A stretch of 64,000 bases of DNA from Candidatus Omnitrophota bacterium (lineage in GTDB: Bacteria > Omnitrophota > Gorgyraeia > Zapsychrales > Fredricksoniimonadaceae): the NCBI GenBank assembly GCA_903944345.1, contig CAJARJ010000019.1, positions 7,480 to 71,479 of the forward strand. Reading direction: 5' to 3'. The position numbers and the translations under genes were made by a program. Of the stretch, positions 9,548-22,744 are shown piece after piece. The notes beneath the pieces are model-generated. The model had not been told where the DNA came from. It did not search any database and saw only the letters and a list, made by a program, of their open reading frames with translations. Every line of letters begins with the position of its first letter. The first letter of the stretch is position 1.

Positions 9548-10405
9548 TTATTTACGTAAAATCGAAAGAATACGATCAAGATCATCCAAAGAATAGTACT
9601 CTACCAACAATCGCCCCTTATTGCCCCGCCTATTTTCGACAATAACCTTCGTTCCCAATACTCTGCGCAATTCTTCTTCAAGCGAATCAATTTCCGGGTC
9701 TTTGGACTTTGTTTTATTTTTGTCCTCAGTCTGGACATTTCTGGTTGCCAGCGCTTTTGCTCTTGCTTCCATTTCTCTTACAGAAAATCCCTTTTTTACC
9801 GCCTCCAAAAAAAGCATTTTTCGAGCATTTGGATCCTCTATGACTAAAAGTGCCCGAGCATGTCCCTCAGAAAGAGCTCCATCCGATACCGCCGCACGCA
9901 TATCTTCAGGAAGCTTCAGTAAGCGCAACAAATTAGATATTGTTGCACGGTCTTTCCCGACAGACTTGGCAACATCTTCCTGAGAATACCCAAATTCTTC
10001 ATTAAGACGCTTATAGCTTTCTGCCTTCTCAATCGGATTTAATTCTTCTCTCTGGACATTTTCGACCAACGCTAAAACCAACGCTTCCTTGTCATTCACA
10101 TCCCGTATCATAACTGGTATTTTTTCTAAACCTAGCTTTCGTGCAGCTTTAACTCGTCGCTCTCCGGCTATAACTTCATAACCGTCCCCCGCTCTACGAA
10201 CAAGTATTGGCTGCAATATACCTTTGTCCTTAATTGATGCGGCCAACTCCTCCAATGCACTCTCCGCATAATGCTGTCGCGGCTGAAACCGATTATCTTT
10301 TACCAAATTTAAAGATACTTCTTGTCTTGCCAAAATTTCGAGTGATGAATTACTTTCTTTCTGATCTTGTTGTATCAACGCCGACAGACCCTTTCCTAAA
10401 GCCAT
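9548..10405 (-). CDS. parB: Chromosome partitioning protein ParB (Spo0J)
   Basis: ALGKGLSALI, QPR, GILQPILVR, IAGERR, ENVQREELNPIE, HTH, GHARALL. Confidence 0.97.
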   Translation of the reverse strand: MALGKGLSALIQQDQKESNSSLEILARQEVSLNLVKDNRFQPRQHYAESALEELAASIKDKGILQPILVRRAGDGYEVIAGERRVKAARKLGLEKIPVMIRDVNDKEALVLALVENVQREELNPIEKAESYKRLNEEFGYSQEDVAKSVGKDRATISNLLRLLKLPEDMRAAVSDGALSEGHARALLVIEDPNARKMLFLEAVKKGFSVREMEARAKALATRNVQTEDKNKTKSKDPEIDSLEEELRRVLGTKVIVENRRGNKGRLLVEYYSLDDLDRILSILRK

Positions 10406-10450
10406 GAGCAACTTCCTTTCAAATATCGTAACATTCTGTAATTAAAAGAC

Positions 10451-11221
10451 TTATGATTGCAAAGAAAGACCGCAGCACTCTTTGGCTAAATCGGCATATT
10501 TTCTAGCCCCTACCGATTCTCTATCATATAAACAAATAGGTTTACCATGACTTGGGGCTTCACTTAATCGAATGTTTCTCGGAATAACTGTTTTATAAAC
10601 TTTATCTTTAAAATAGTTTTTGATTTCATTTATAACTTCTACTGTCAAGTTAGTTCTAAAATCAGCCATTGTCATTAAAACACCCTCAACTGTTAACGCT
10701 GGATTTAACCCCTCTCTAATTAATGCTATCGTATTAAGTAATTGTGATACTCCCTCCAATGCATAAAACTCGCATTGTATCGGAATAATTATTGAGTCGG
10801 CAGCTACTAAAGAATTTAAAGTCAGCAGCCCCAAAGATGGTGGAGAATCAATTAAAATATAATCAAAAAGACTTTTTACTTCATTTAAAGCTTTCTTAAG
10901 CTTTGTCTCTCTTGACAACACTCCAACCAGTTCAATTTCTGCACCAGTTAAGTGAATATTACATGGAATTAGATAGAGCCCCTTTACAACTGTGGGTAAA
11001 ATTGCTTGTTTGGCCGGAATTTTTCCTAAAATTACTTCATAGATAGATTCTTTTATTTCATTCTTATTAACGCCTACCCCACTCGTTGAATTCCCTTGCG
11101 GATCCATATCAATCAATAATACTTTTTTACCCAGCTCAGCCAACGCAGCCGATAGATTAACCGCCGTCGTTGTTTTTCCAGTTCCACCCTTTTGATTGCA
11201 TATCGCTATTATTTTCGGCAT
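10451..11221 (-). CDS. parA: Chromosome partitioning ATPase ParA (Soj)
   Basis: NQKGGTGKTTT, DMDPQGNST, DSPPSLG, PIQCEFYALEG, IPRNIRLSEAPSHG. Confidence 0.97.
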   Translation of the reverse strand: MPKIIAICNQKGGTGKTTTAVNLSAALAELGKKVLLIDMDPQGNSTSGVGVNKNEIKESIYEVILGKIPAKQAILPTVVKGLYLIPCNIHLTGAEIELVGVLSRETKLKKALNEVKSLFDYILIDSPPSLGLLTLNSLVAADSIIIPIQCEFYALEGVSQLLNTIALIREGLNPALTVEGVLMTMADFRTNLTVEVINEIKNYFKDKVYKTVIPRNIRLSEAPSHGKPICLYDRESVGARKYADLAKECCGLSLQS

Positions 11222-11973
11222 AATTTAAGTAGTCCTAAAAGTTATATGAGACAATTTAATACCGCAGCTTGTCTTTAATTATTACCTCTTCGAAATCATA
11301 GCCTCTACACTTGACTTTTGGGCTATCGAAGAAACTTATACAGGATTTTAAATTGTATAATTTTTATAACATCAAAATGAATTTTAAACAATCTATATTA
11401 TTTAAGAAAAATTAATGGTCTAGACTTTTTTCGCTGCTCAGATTGCAATTGGCGACTTTCGTTAGCACCAAATCTCTATTGAAAATGCTATAACATTAAG
11501 CCAACATAAATCCTATTTCATATATTCACTTTTTTGGCAGTACGCCCTTCATCAGGAGGATCTTGCCATTAGCAATCCGATCAATGTTCTACCTTCCTAA
11601 TGCGGCGGGCACATTGTTGACTTTTCTTTGACATTCGCAGCTAAATCAAATTATACATACTTTTATAACAAACTTATTTTATCGTGCAAGATGAGTGTTT
11701 TTGACGATTACGCATTTGCCCATATGCATGCTGATATCGGCCAGCAAACGTGTTTAAAGTCTGTTGAGTTTACCCGCCAAAAATTGCATTTCTGCTTGAT
11801 GGCGTCGATCTGCCGGTATATTTCGCGAGCTTGTCCTTATGAAGCTTACTAAAACATCAGTTGAATATATTCAATAAATAGTTCAATTAGAACAATATCG
11901 GCTAGACAGTAAACTTTAAAATCAGGATATAGAAATAACGACTTATTCTGCAGAAAATTTTCGAAAGGAAGGA

Positions 11974-12159
11974 TTACTTTAAGAAAACCTTGATCTTCGC
12001 TGGCTTAGCCCCACTCATTCCAAAAAGCCCTTTTTGCTCTTCACAAACCACTTTAATGGTTATCATTTCACGTGAAACATTCAGCTTATTCAAGGCAGCC
12101 TGAATGGCATCCTCAATGTTAGTTCCTTCAAACTCGAATGATGCCAAACTTTTTTTCAT
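11974..12159 (-). CDS. Jag N-terminal-domain-only protein
   Basis: FEFEGTNIEDAIQAALNKL...KGLFGMSGAKPAKIKV is the Jag_N signature. It sits in the jag position after yidC, and no KH/R3H domains follow. Confidence 0.85.
   Translation of the reverse strand: MKKSLASFEFEGTNIEDAIQAALNKLNVSREMITIKVVCEEQKGLFGMSGAKPAKIKVFLK
12064..12079. promoter_or_regulatory. parS centromere-like site
   Basis: CATTTCACGTGAAACA, 14/16 match to TGTTTCACGTGAAACA, between parAB and oriC. Confidence 0.75.
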
Positions 12160-12164
12160 ATAAA

Positions 12165-13775
12165 CTACTTTGCTAACAATGAAGCCATACTACTTCTGGA
12201 AATATGCCACTGCGTAATTGCAGATAATAGATAAAAGACAACAAAATACACATTCAATCCGCTAGAAAAATTATAAAAAATGAAGCCTATCATAACAGGA
12301 AATACAGTTGCCATCATTTTTTGCTGTGCCGCCTGTTCAGGCGAAACATCCATATTCTGATTGGACATTTTCTGCTGAAACATCATGATAAAAACCATGA
12401 CGATTGGCAATAAATTAAAATAGCTACCCAAAAAAGGGATTTCAAATGGTAGTTTAAATAAATGATCCGGCTGAGACAGATCTTTCATCCAAAGAAAAGA
12501 CTCTCCCCTAAAGTAAAAAGACCGCCATAGTACTTGATATAGCCCAACAAAAATGGGCATTTGCAAAATCATCGGCAAACAACCACCTAAAGGATTAACT
12601 CCATGCTGTTTATAGAGAGCAAGAATTTCTTGGTTTACTTTCTCAGGATTATTCTTAAATTTTTCTTGAACCTGCTTGATTTTAGGTTGAATAGCCTGCA
12701 TTTTCCTCATAGATAGCAGGCTTTTCATTGTCAATGGAAACATTGCTCCATACACTACAAGACTTACCAAAATAATACAAAGCCCCCAAACAGGAATTAA
12801 ACTGTACGTTGCACCAAGCAACCAATAAATTAATTTCGATATGGCATCTAGCCAGGCCCAATCACTAAAAACTAAAATTTTTTGGAAATCTTTTCCTGCT
12901 TTATTAAGCAAATCAAGTTTCTGTGGGCCCAAATAGATATTGAAATCGTAAGTCTTAGTCTGATCTGGAAGAAAATCAAAATCGTTAAGGCTAAAACCTA
13001 AGGCCAAACGATCTGAATTCAATGCAGTTATATTAAAATTTCTCAGAGATGTTTGTGGCTGAAGAATCATGGCAAAGTATCTATCCCGGAGCCCAAGAAA
13101 GGAAACATCAACATCTTGTTTTGAAAAATCCCACTTTTCAGAAAAATTAGAAAGGTTATTCTTCCTATAAGATTTCTTGCTCTCAAGAATTAAATACTCA
13201 AGCAATGTTCGATCAGTTCCATTAATATTTTTGTCCAGTCTGGACGAATCAAAAATTGCCGCAGCTACTTTATAGGGAAACTGTCTTTTGGATCCTGCCG
13301 TATTTCTAATCTTCAAAGAACCAATAACGTTGAAATTATCAACTATTTTAAAAGTTTTGTAAACAACCCAATCATCCCAATCAATTTTATATTCAATAGA
13401 ATTCTGATTCTTGGATGATACTGTAAAAAACTTAGTATTAAATGAGTCTACAGCCAAAATATCATATAAAGGAAATGAATATGCGAATTTCGTCAACTCA
13501 GCATTACTGACTTTGGCTCCAAGAGTGGAGAATGTTAACTTAAGCCCGCTATGGGAAATAGCATCCTCGCTCCCCTGCAATTGATCGCTGTCAGAAATTA
13601 TTGGTTGTGAAAAAGCTTTAGCTTGCGTATTAATACTTGGAGCATCATCAAGTGAGCTTTGTTCCTGTGAAAATGGGGCGAAGGCAAAATCTTTTGGTTT
13701 TGGACCCCAAAAGGTTTGAAAAACAAAAACAACAATAAGTGATAGCGCAACAGCTAAAAATAGACGTTTTTCCAT
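12165..13775 (-). CDS. yidC: Membrane protein insertase YidC
   Basis: N-terminal TM, periplasmic domain, GPQK, NPLGGCLPMILQMPIF, FLWMKDLSQPD. Confidence 0.96.
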   Translation of the reverse strand: MEKRLFLAVALSLIVVFVFQTFWGPKPKDFAFAPFSQEQSSLDDAPSINTQAKAFSQPIISDSDQLQGSEDAISHSGLKLTFSTLGAKVSNAELTKFAYSFPLYDILAVDSFNTKFFTVSSKNQNSIEYKIDWDDWVVYKTFKIVDNFNVIGSLKIRNTAGSKRQFPYKVAAAIFDSSRLDKNINGTDRTLLEYLILESKKSYRKNNLSNFSEKWDFSKQDVDVSFLGLRDRYFAMILQPQTSLRNFNITALNSDRLALGFSLNDFDFLPDQTKTYDFNIYLGPQKLDLLNKAGKDFQKILVFSDWAWLDAISKLIYWLLGATYSLIPVWGLCIILVSLVVYGAMFPLTMKSLLSMRKMQAIQPKIKQVQEKFKNNPEKVNQEILALYKQHGVNPLGGCLPMILQMPIFVGLYQVLWRSFYFRGESFLWMKDLSQPDHLFKLPFEIPFLGSYFNLLPIVMVFIMMFQQKMSNQNMDVSPEQAAQQKMMATVFPVMIGFIFYNFSSGLNVYFVVFYLLSAITQWHISRSSMASLLAK

Positions 13776-13778
13776 AGA

Positions 13779-13988
13779 TTACCTTAAAGGATCAAAGCCC
13801 CCTGGATGAAATGGATGACACTTTATGATTCTTCGAAAAGTTAAAGAGAGGCCATTCCATGAGCCATACTGCTGTATAGCCTGAAGGGCATAGTTGGAGC
13901 AGGTTGGAGAAAACCGGCAATTTGCGGGTAATAACGGTCTTAACGCAAACTGATAAGCTCGTACAAGCAAAATCAATAAATGTTTCAT
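13779..13988 (-). CDS. yidD: Membrane protein insertion efficiency factor YidD
   Basis: CRFSPTCSNYA...RIIKCHPFHPGGFDP. Confidence 0.96.
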   Translation of the reverse strand: MKHLLILLVRAYQFALRPLLPANCRFSPTCSNYALQAIQQYGSWNGLSLTFRRIIKCHPFHPGGFDPLR

Positions 13989-14024
13989 GTGCCTACGCCA
14001 AGATACGCAAGTGTAGTCAAAGTA

Positions 14025-14162
14025 TCACTTTGATAAACGCTTACGACCTTTTGCCCGACGAGCACTTAACACTTTACGACCATCAGCCGTAGAGGAGCGC
14101 TTACGAAAACCGTGAACTCGTTTGCCTTTGAGATTTGTGGGAGTCTTAAGATTTAATTTCAT
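14025..14162 (-). CDS. rpmH: 50S ribosomal protein L34
   Basis: [44 protein letters not shown]; start trimmed to ATG 14162. Confidence 0.95.
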   Translation of the reverse strand: MKLNLKTPTNLKGKRVHGFRKRSSTADGRKVLSARRAKGRKRLSK

Positions 14163-14419
14163 AATGTGGGAAATTATAACATATGATTTTCCTAAGTCAA
14201 GTATTGAAATCAAATGGCTATGCAAATCATTTGGGCGAACTAAAGAAGTATTGAATCTAATAAGAACAAATAAAGCTCAACAAAAATTAAAGCTCCATAA
14301 TAAACCAAAAAGTACCTTATATTTTACTTCATTAAAACAAACTATCCTATAAGAAGTGTACTAAGATTGTCTGATCGTTGCGTGAACTAAGATTTAAAAA
14401 AGAGGTATCCCAAACATAA

Positions 14420-14590
14420 TGTTGTTGATAAATCAAAACTGATCCGCTCTTCCCGCTGGGTTAAAATAGGTTGCGCCTCAAGCTTTCTTTGATATAATGC
14501 CTAAACTGAATCAAACTTCGAGCTAAGTCTATCAAGTTTTACGGTATAAAAAGTTAATAACAACTGTGGATAACCTGTTATTAAAATATT
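14420..14590. other. oriC, left part (DnaA boxes upstream of dnaA)
   Basis: Perfect box TGTGGATAA at 14565-14573, 1-mismatch TGTTGATAA at 14423-14431, and degenerate TTAATAACA/TGTTATTAA boxes. Gene orientation switches here. Confidence 0.75.
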
Positions 14591-14659
14591 AATAAAGACC
14601 TAAGTCGATATGCTGAAATGATTTACATCTCTCTTCTTCATGCACAACCCTAAATCACT

Positions 14660-16009
14660 ATGACGACATTGCAACAATACTGGAACAACGCACAAACCTT
14701 TGTTCAAGACGAGATCGGGGTCTCTTCTTATCAAACATGGTTCTCTAATCTCAATGTAAATTGTCAAAACGATAAAATCATTCTCGAAACCCCGGATGAA
14801 TTCTTCAAAACATGGATTATTGATCATTACGCCGATATCATTCAGAATGCCCTAAAGAAAACCGGTCTTACCAATTGTGACTTCGAAATAGTTGTTTCCT
14901 CTGCATCAGCAAAACAACCTGAAGCGGCCATGCCAGCCGTTATTTCTGTCCAAACCGCTTCTGTTTCATATCCAAAAAATAGAACTTCAAACATACAATC
15001 GCGATTTTCTTTCGAAAATTTTGTTATGGGTTCATCAAATAAAATGGCATTTCGCGCAAGCCAGGCTGTTGCAGAAAATCCTTCAAAAGCTTACAATCCA
15101 TTGTTTATTTATGGGCAATCGGGCATGGGTAAAACTCATCTTATGCATGCGATCGCTAACCAAATTTCTATCAAGTATCCTGCTCAACATTGTCTTTATA
15201 TAACATCTGAGCAGTTTACCAATGAACTAATTGAAGCTATAAAAAACCGTTCCGCATCACAATTTAAACAAAAGTATCGAAATATCGATGTTCTCCTTAT
15301 TGATGATATTCAATTTATCGCCGGAAAAGAATCTACTCAGGAAGAATTTTTCCATACATTTAATGAATTACATAATTCCCACAAACAAATTGTTATGACC
15401 TGTGATCGACCTGCCAAAGAAGTTGCAAAACTGGAAGATCGCCTGGTCACTCGCTTTAGTTGGGGTTTAGCTGTCGATATCCAGCCTCCAGATTTTGAAA
15501 CACGTGTTGCCATCCTAAGAAAAAAAATAGAAGTTGAATCAATAAAAGTTCCAATACCAGATGATGTTATTTTTTTTATTGCGGAACAAATTAAAACAAA
15601 TATTCGAGAACTGGAAGGTGCTCTTATTAGAGTATTGGCAACTTCATTACTGGAAGAAAATCTGATTACTCTTGAATTAACAAGAAATACTCTAAAAGAC
15701 ATGGTCAAAGAAACAACAAAAACAATCAGTCTGGAAATGATTATTCTGACTGTAGCTGACTATTATAAAGTCAATATTTCAGACTTAAAATCAACTCGTC
15801 GAAATCAAACTATTGTTGTTCCCAGACAAATAGGAATGTATTTGTCCAGAAAGCTGACTAAACACTCTTTACCCGAAATAGGAAATGCTTTTGGGGGACG
15901 AGATCATACAACAGTTTTACATTCATGTAAAAAAATTGATGCCGATATTAATGAACAGGCCAGTTTACGTTATGCTATTGAAAAGTTATCAGATATTCTT
16001 AAACGTTAA
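14660..16009 (+). CDS. dnaA: Chromosomal replication initiator DnaA
   Basis: YNPLFIYGQSGMGKTHL, LLIDDIQF, QEEFFHTFN, NIRELEGAL, FGGRDHTTVLHS. Confidence 0.99.
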   Translation: MTTLQQYWNNAQTFVQDEIGVSSYQTWFSNLNVNCQNDKIILETPDEFFKTWIIDHYADIIQNALKKTGLTNCDFEIVVSSASAKQPEAAMPAVISVQTASVSYPKNRTSNIQSRFSFENFVMGSSNKMAFRASQAVAENPSKAYNPLFIYGQSGMGKTHLMHAIANQISIKYPAQHCLYITSEQFTNELIEAIKNRSASQFKQKYRNIDVLLIDDIQFIAGKESTQEEFFHTFNELHNSHKQIVMTCDRPAKEVAKLEDRLVTRFSWGLAVDIQPPDFETRVAILRKKIEVESIKVPIPDDVIFFIAEQIKTNIRELEGALIRVLATSLLEENLITLELTRNTLKDMVKETTKTISLEMIILTVADYYKVNISDLKSTRRNQTIVVPRQIGMYLSRKLTKHSLPEIGNAFGGRDHTTVLHSCKKIDADINEQASLRYAIEKLSDILKR

Positions 16010-16150
16010 TAACAACTAGTTTATATGTTATCCACAAAAAAAATTGCTATAAACTATTGATTTTAAATAACTTTTATTCCTTATTGATCTTATTAAGGTT
16101 ACCTACTTATACAGATACTATTTATTTCTATTAATTAAGATTTAAAGAAG
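16010..16150. other. oriC, right part (DnaA box plus AT-rich unwinding region)
   Basis: TTATCCACA at 16028-16036, then a very AT-rich tract with CCTACTTATAC..TACTATTTATT (trio-like) before dnaN. Confidence 0.75.
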
Positions 16151-16160
16151 GAGAGAAAAA

Positions 16161-17245
16161 ATGCGAATTAAAATACTAAAAGATGATTTATTACAAGGCA
16201 TACAAACGGTTCAAAATATCGTTGCTTCAAAGGCAACTTTACCTATTTTATCGAATATGCTACTAGAAACAAAAAAAGATTCTTTAAAGTTAAATACTAC
16301 TGATTTAGATATCGGAATATCCTGTGAAATACCTGTTAATATTATTGAAGATGGGGCGATTACTATTCCCGCCAAAAGATTTCATGATATTATTCGCGAG
16401 TTGCCAGCAGGAGATTTGACAATTTCTGTCAAAAAGAACAATCAGATTGAAATAGAAGGACTTAATTGTCGAATTAAATTAATGGGACTTCCTAAAGAAG
16501 AGTTTCCACAGTTCCCGGAATTTAAGGATAAGGAGGCTGTAAGAATTAAACAGTCTGATTTGAAAGAAATGTTCAGGTTAACAGCTTTTGCTGTTTCACA
16601 TGAAGAATCACGTTATGTATTAAACGGTATTATGCTGGAAATATCAAATAATACAATACGGATGGTTGCGACAGATGGAAAAAGATTAGCAAAAGCAGAA
16701 AGAAATTTAAATCTTCCGGTTACAAAAGATGTGGCTGTGATTTTACCGGTCAAGGCTGTTCAGGAAGTTAATAGAAATTTGAAGGATGATGGCGATGTTA
16801 TTATGGTCTCAGCGGTGAATCAGGTTCTTTTTGATATCAGCGGGGTGTTGATTGCAACACGCATAATTGAGGGAGATTTTCCTAATTATAGTCAGGTTAT
16901 TCCCAAAACAAACGTTCCAAAAATTACTTTGAATACTAATGATTTTCTTTCGGCTATACGCAGGGCAAATTTGTTAGCTACACCAGATTTTCAGGCGGTT
17001 AAATTTGAGGTATTTAAAGAAAAACTGGTAGTTTCGAAATCTACACCCGATATTGGAGAGTCCAGAGAAGAGTTGGCCATTCAGTATAGCGGCACAGAAA
17101 TGGTTGTGGGTTTTAATCCACAATATATGATAGATGTGCTTAAAAACATAAATGATGAAAAGATTGAACTTGAAATCCTTGGGCCAGACAAGCCTTGCGT
17201 AATTCGTAAAGAAAATTATTTATATTTGGCTCTGCCTATGAGATT

Positions 17246-17249
<4 letters not shown>
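16161..17249 (+). CDS. dnaN: DNA polymerase III beta sliding clamp
   Basis: LPILSNML, TDLDIGI, SRYVLNG, VATDGKRL, GFNPQY, C-terminal LPMRL. Confidence 0.98.
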
Positions 17250-19980
<2,731 letters not shown>

Positions 19981-20013
19981 ACAGAGATAAATGCTTAGAA
20001 AGGCATTGGCGGT

Positions 20014-22479
20014 ATGAAGGATTTTACAAAAAAAGAGCGAATTGTTCCGATTCCCATCGAAGAGGAAATGAAAAGTTCCTACATTTCCTATTCTATGAGC
20101 GTTATTGTCGGCCGGGCTTTGCCGGATGTGCGTGACGGCCTCAAGCCGGTGCATCGCCGCATATTGTATGCGATGAAAGAGCTGCATCTTGAACATAACA
20201 AGTCGTACAAAAAGAGCGCGCGTATCGTGGGTGAAGTTTTGGGTAAATATCATCCGCACGGGGATTCTGCTGTTTATGACACCATGGTCAGAATGGTGCA
20301 AAGTTTTTCGCTTCGCTATCCACTGGTTGATGGTCAGGGAAACTTTGGATCCATAGATGGAGATTCTGCGGCGGCTATGCGGTACACTGAAGCCAGGATG
20401 GCTCCTATTGCTGAGCCGCTCTTAGCCGATATCGACAAGAACACGGTTGACTATACCCCCAATTTCGATTCAACATTAGAAGAGCCGTTGATTCTTCCCG
20501 CCGCATTACCCAATCTTCTTGTGAATGGTTCGAGTGGTATCGCGGTCGGCATGGCGACTAATATGGCGCCGCATAACCTTAACGAGATTGTCGACGGAAT
20601 AAGCATTCTTCTGGACAATCCTGAGGTCGAAATTGCGGATCTGATGAAGTGTGTGAAGGGGCCGGATTTCCCTACAGGGGGGATTATCTGTGGTCGCGAG
20701 GGCATAAAAGATGCGTTTATGACCGGACGCGGTAAGGTGACTTTACGCGGCAAGGTTGGGATTGAGAAACAGAAGAACGGCAAAGATTTCATTATTATCA
20801 CCGAAATTCCTTACCAGGTGAACAAGTCGAATCTGGTATCTGCAATTGCGGATCAGGTGCAGAATAAGAGTGTTGATGGTATTACGGATATTCGGGATGA
20901 GTCTGATAAAGACGGAATTCGGGTTGTGATCGAACTGCGACGGGATGTTGAGGCGCAAATTATCCTGAATTATCTGTACAAGCATACGCAACTGGAAGTT
21001 ACTTTTGGTGTCATTAATCTTGCACTGGTCAACAATAGTCCGCGTGTCCTTAATTTGAAGCAGCTTATGTCTTATTATATCGATCACCGTCGTTTGGTGA
21101 TTCGTCGCAGGACACAATATGAGCTGGATAAAGCTTTGCGACGCGCACATATTCTGGAAGGATTGCGGATTGCCCTCGAAAATATTGATGAGATAATACG
21201 TGTTATTCGCAAATCATCCTCCACTCTGGAAGCCAAAACGGCCCTGATGAAAAAATTTGGGCTGACGGAAATCCAGGCGCAGGCTATTCTGGAAATGCAG
21301 CTGCAAAAGTTGACTGGTCTTGAGAGAGACAAGATCGAGCAGGAATATAATGAGCTGCTTAAGGCGATCGATGAGTACCGACAGATACTCGCTGATCCTA
21401 AAAGAGTCGATGCCATCATTCGTAATGATCTGGCAGCGTTAAAGGATCGTTTTGGAGACGAGCGCCGGACGGAGATTGCGGGCAAGGCAGATGAGATTGA
21501 GATAGAAGATTTGATTGTCGACGAGGACATGGCCATCACCGTGACCAATACTGGTTATATCAAGCGTACGCCGGTTGATGCCTATCGCAAGCAGAAGCGC
21601 GGTGGCAAAGGTGTTACGGGTATGACGACCAAGGAAGAGGATTTTGTTGAAAGACTTTTTGTCGCTTCGGCCAAGGATTATCTTTTGATTTTTTCCAATA
21701 AGGGGATTATCCGTTGGTTGAAGGTGTATGAAATTCCGATGGCCTCCCGTCAAGCCAAGGGAAAAGCTATTGTTAATCTTTTGTCTTTTTCCAGTGACGA
21801 GTCGATCAGTGCGATTGTGGCGGTCAAAGAATTCAATGACGAGCAGTCTTTGATCATGGCGACTTTTCGTGGAACGGTGAAGAAAACAAAACTTTCTGCT
21901 TACAGCAATCCCCGTAAGGGAGGAATTATTGGCATTACCCTAGATAAGGGGGATGCCTTGATCGGTGTGGCGCTTGCCGACGGCAAGCAGCATGTTCTTT
22001 TGGCTACAAGAAAAGGGCAATCGCTACGTTTTCTGGAAACGCAAATCCGTGACACCGGACGCTCTGCTATGGGGGTGCGAGGAATCGCTTTGGACAAAGA
22101 TGACGAAGTTGTGGGGATGATCGTGTTTCCCGCAGATGTGGATAAAACAGGGAATACTCTTTTGACTTGTTCGACACTTGGTTTTGCCAAGAGATCCAAA
22201 TTCGAAGATTACCGGACGCAAACGCGCGGCGGCAAGGGGATTATTAATCTCAAGTGTACGCCCAGAAATGGAGTTGTTGCCGGAATCCTTGTGGTGCATG
22301 AAGATGACGAGATTATGACGGTAACTAAACAAGGCTCAATTATTCGTTGTAAGCCGGCAGATGTTCGAATGACGGGACGCAGTGCGGTTGGGGTTAAGCT
22401 TGTTTCTTTGGAGGAAGCGGATGCCGTTGCTTCTATTGCGAACGTGATTGCCCGGGATGAAGTAGAGGTAACAGAGTAG
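20014..22479 (+). CDS. gyrA: DNA gyrase subunit A
   Basis: [23 protein letters not shown], GyrA box QKRGGKG and C-terminal beta-pinwheel repeats. Confidence 0.99.
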   Translation: MKDFTKKERIVPIPIEEEMKSSYISYSMSVIVGRALPDVRDGLKPVHRRILYAMKELHLEHNKSYKKSARIVGEVLGKYHPHGDSAVYDTMVRMVQSFSLRYPLVDGQGNFGSIDGDSAAAMRYTEARMAPIAEPLLADIDKNTVDYTPNFDSTLEEPLILPAALPNLLVNGSSGIAVGMATNMAPHNLNEIVDGISILLDNPEVEIADLMKCVKGPDFPTGGIICGREGIKDAFMTGRGKVTLRGKVGIEKQKNGKDFIIITEIPYQVNKSNLVSAIADQVQNKSVDGITDIRDESDKDGIRVVIELRRDVEAQIILNYLYKHTQLEVTFGVINLALVNNSPRVLNLKQLMSYYIDHRRLVIRRRTQYELDKALRRAHILEGLRIALENIDEIIRVIRKSSSTLEAKTALMKKFGLTEIQAQAILEMQLQKLTGLERDKIEQEYNELLKAIDEYRQILADPKRVDAIIRNDLAALKDRFGDERRTEIAGKADEIEIEDLIVDEDMAITVTNTGYIKRTPVDAYRKQKRGGKGVTGMTTKEEDFVERLFVASAKDYLLIFSNKGIIRWLKVYEIPMASRQAKGKAIVNLLSFSSDESISAIVAVKEFNDEQSLIMATFRGTVKKTKLSAYSNPRKGGIIGITLDKGDALIGVALADGKQHVLLATRKGQSLRFLETQIRDTGRSAMGVRGIALDKDDEVVGMIVFPADVDKTGNTLLTCSTLGFAKRSKFEDYRTQTRGGKGIINLKCTPRNGVVAGILVVHEDDEIMTVTKQGSIIRCKPADVRMTGRSAVGVKLVSLEEADAVASIANVIARDEVEVTE

Positions 22480-22494
22480 GCGTTTCAATTTTAC

Positions 22495-22522
22495 TTGACG
22501 ATTAGAAAGCCTTAAATATAAT
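22495..22522 (+). promoter_or_regulatory. Sigma70-type promoter for tRNA-Glu
   Basis: TTGACG-16 nt-TATAAT, about 30 nt upstream of the tRNA. Confidence 0.7.
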
Positions 22523-22552
22523 ATAGCGCTACTTTGAATAAAAGTAGTTTTC

Positions 22553-22629
22553 GACCCCATCGTCTAGTCTGGTCAGGACACAAGCTTTTCAAGCTTGGAA
22601 CGCGGGTTCAAATCCCGCTGGGGTCGCCA
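22553..22629 (+). tRNA. tRNA-Glu(TTC)
   Basis: GACCCCA...TGGGGTC-G-CCA, anticodon arm CAAGC-TT-TTC-AA-GCTTG. Confidence 0.97.
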
Positions 22630-22744
22630 TAATTTTTTCTCATCCGCTGATTCCGAGTGTTCAAAGCTTTCCCTTTCCAAGTCCGGCAAAAAGATTAAAT
22701 ATTAGGATATAAAGTCATAAAAAAGGTTATAGTAGGATTACTAT

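Noticed and set aside
11628-11852. 74-aa plus-strand ORF in the jag-parA gap
   Set aside because: TTG start, no SD, opposite to all neighbours and no recognisable motif.
13981-13996. parS-like half site TGTTTCATGTG
   Set aside because: The right half does not match, so it is too degenerate to call.
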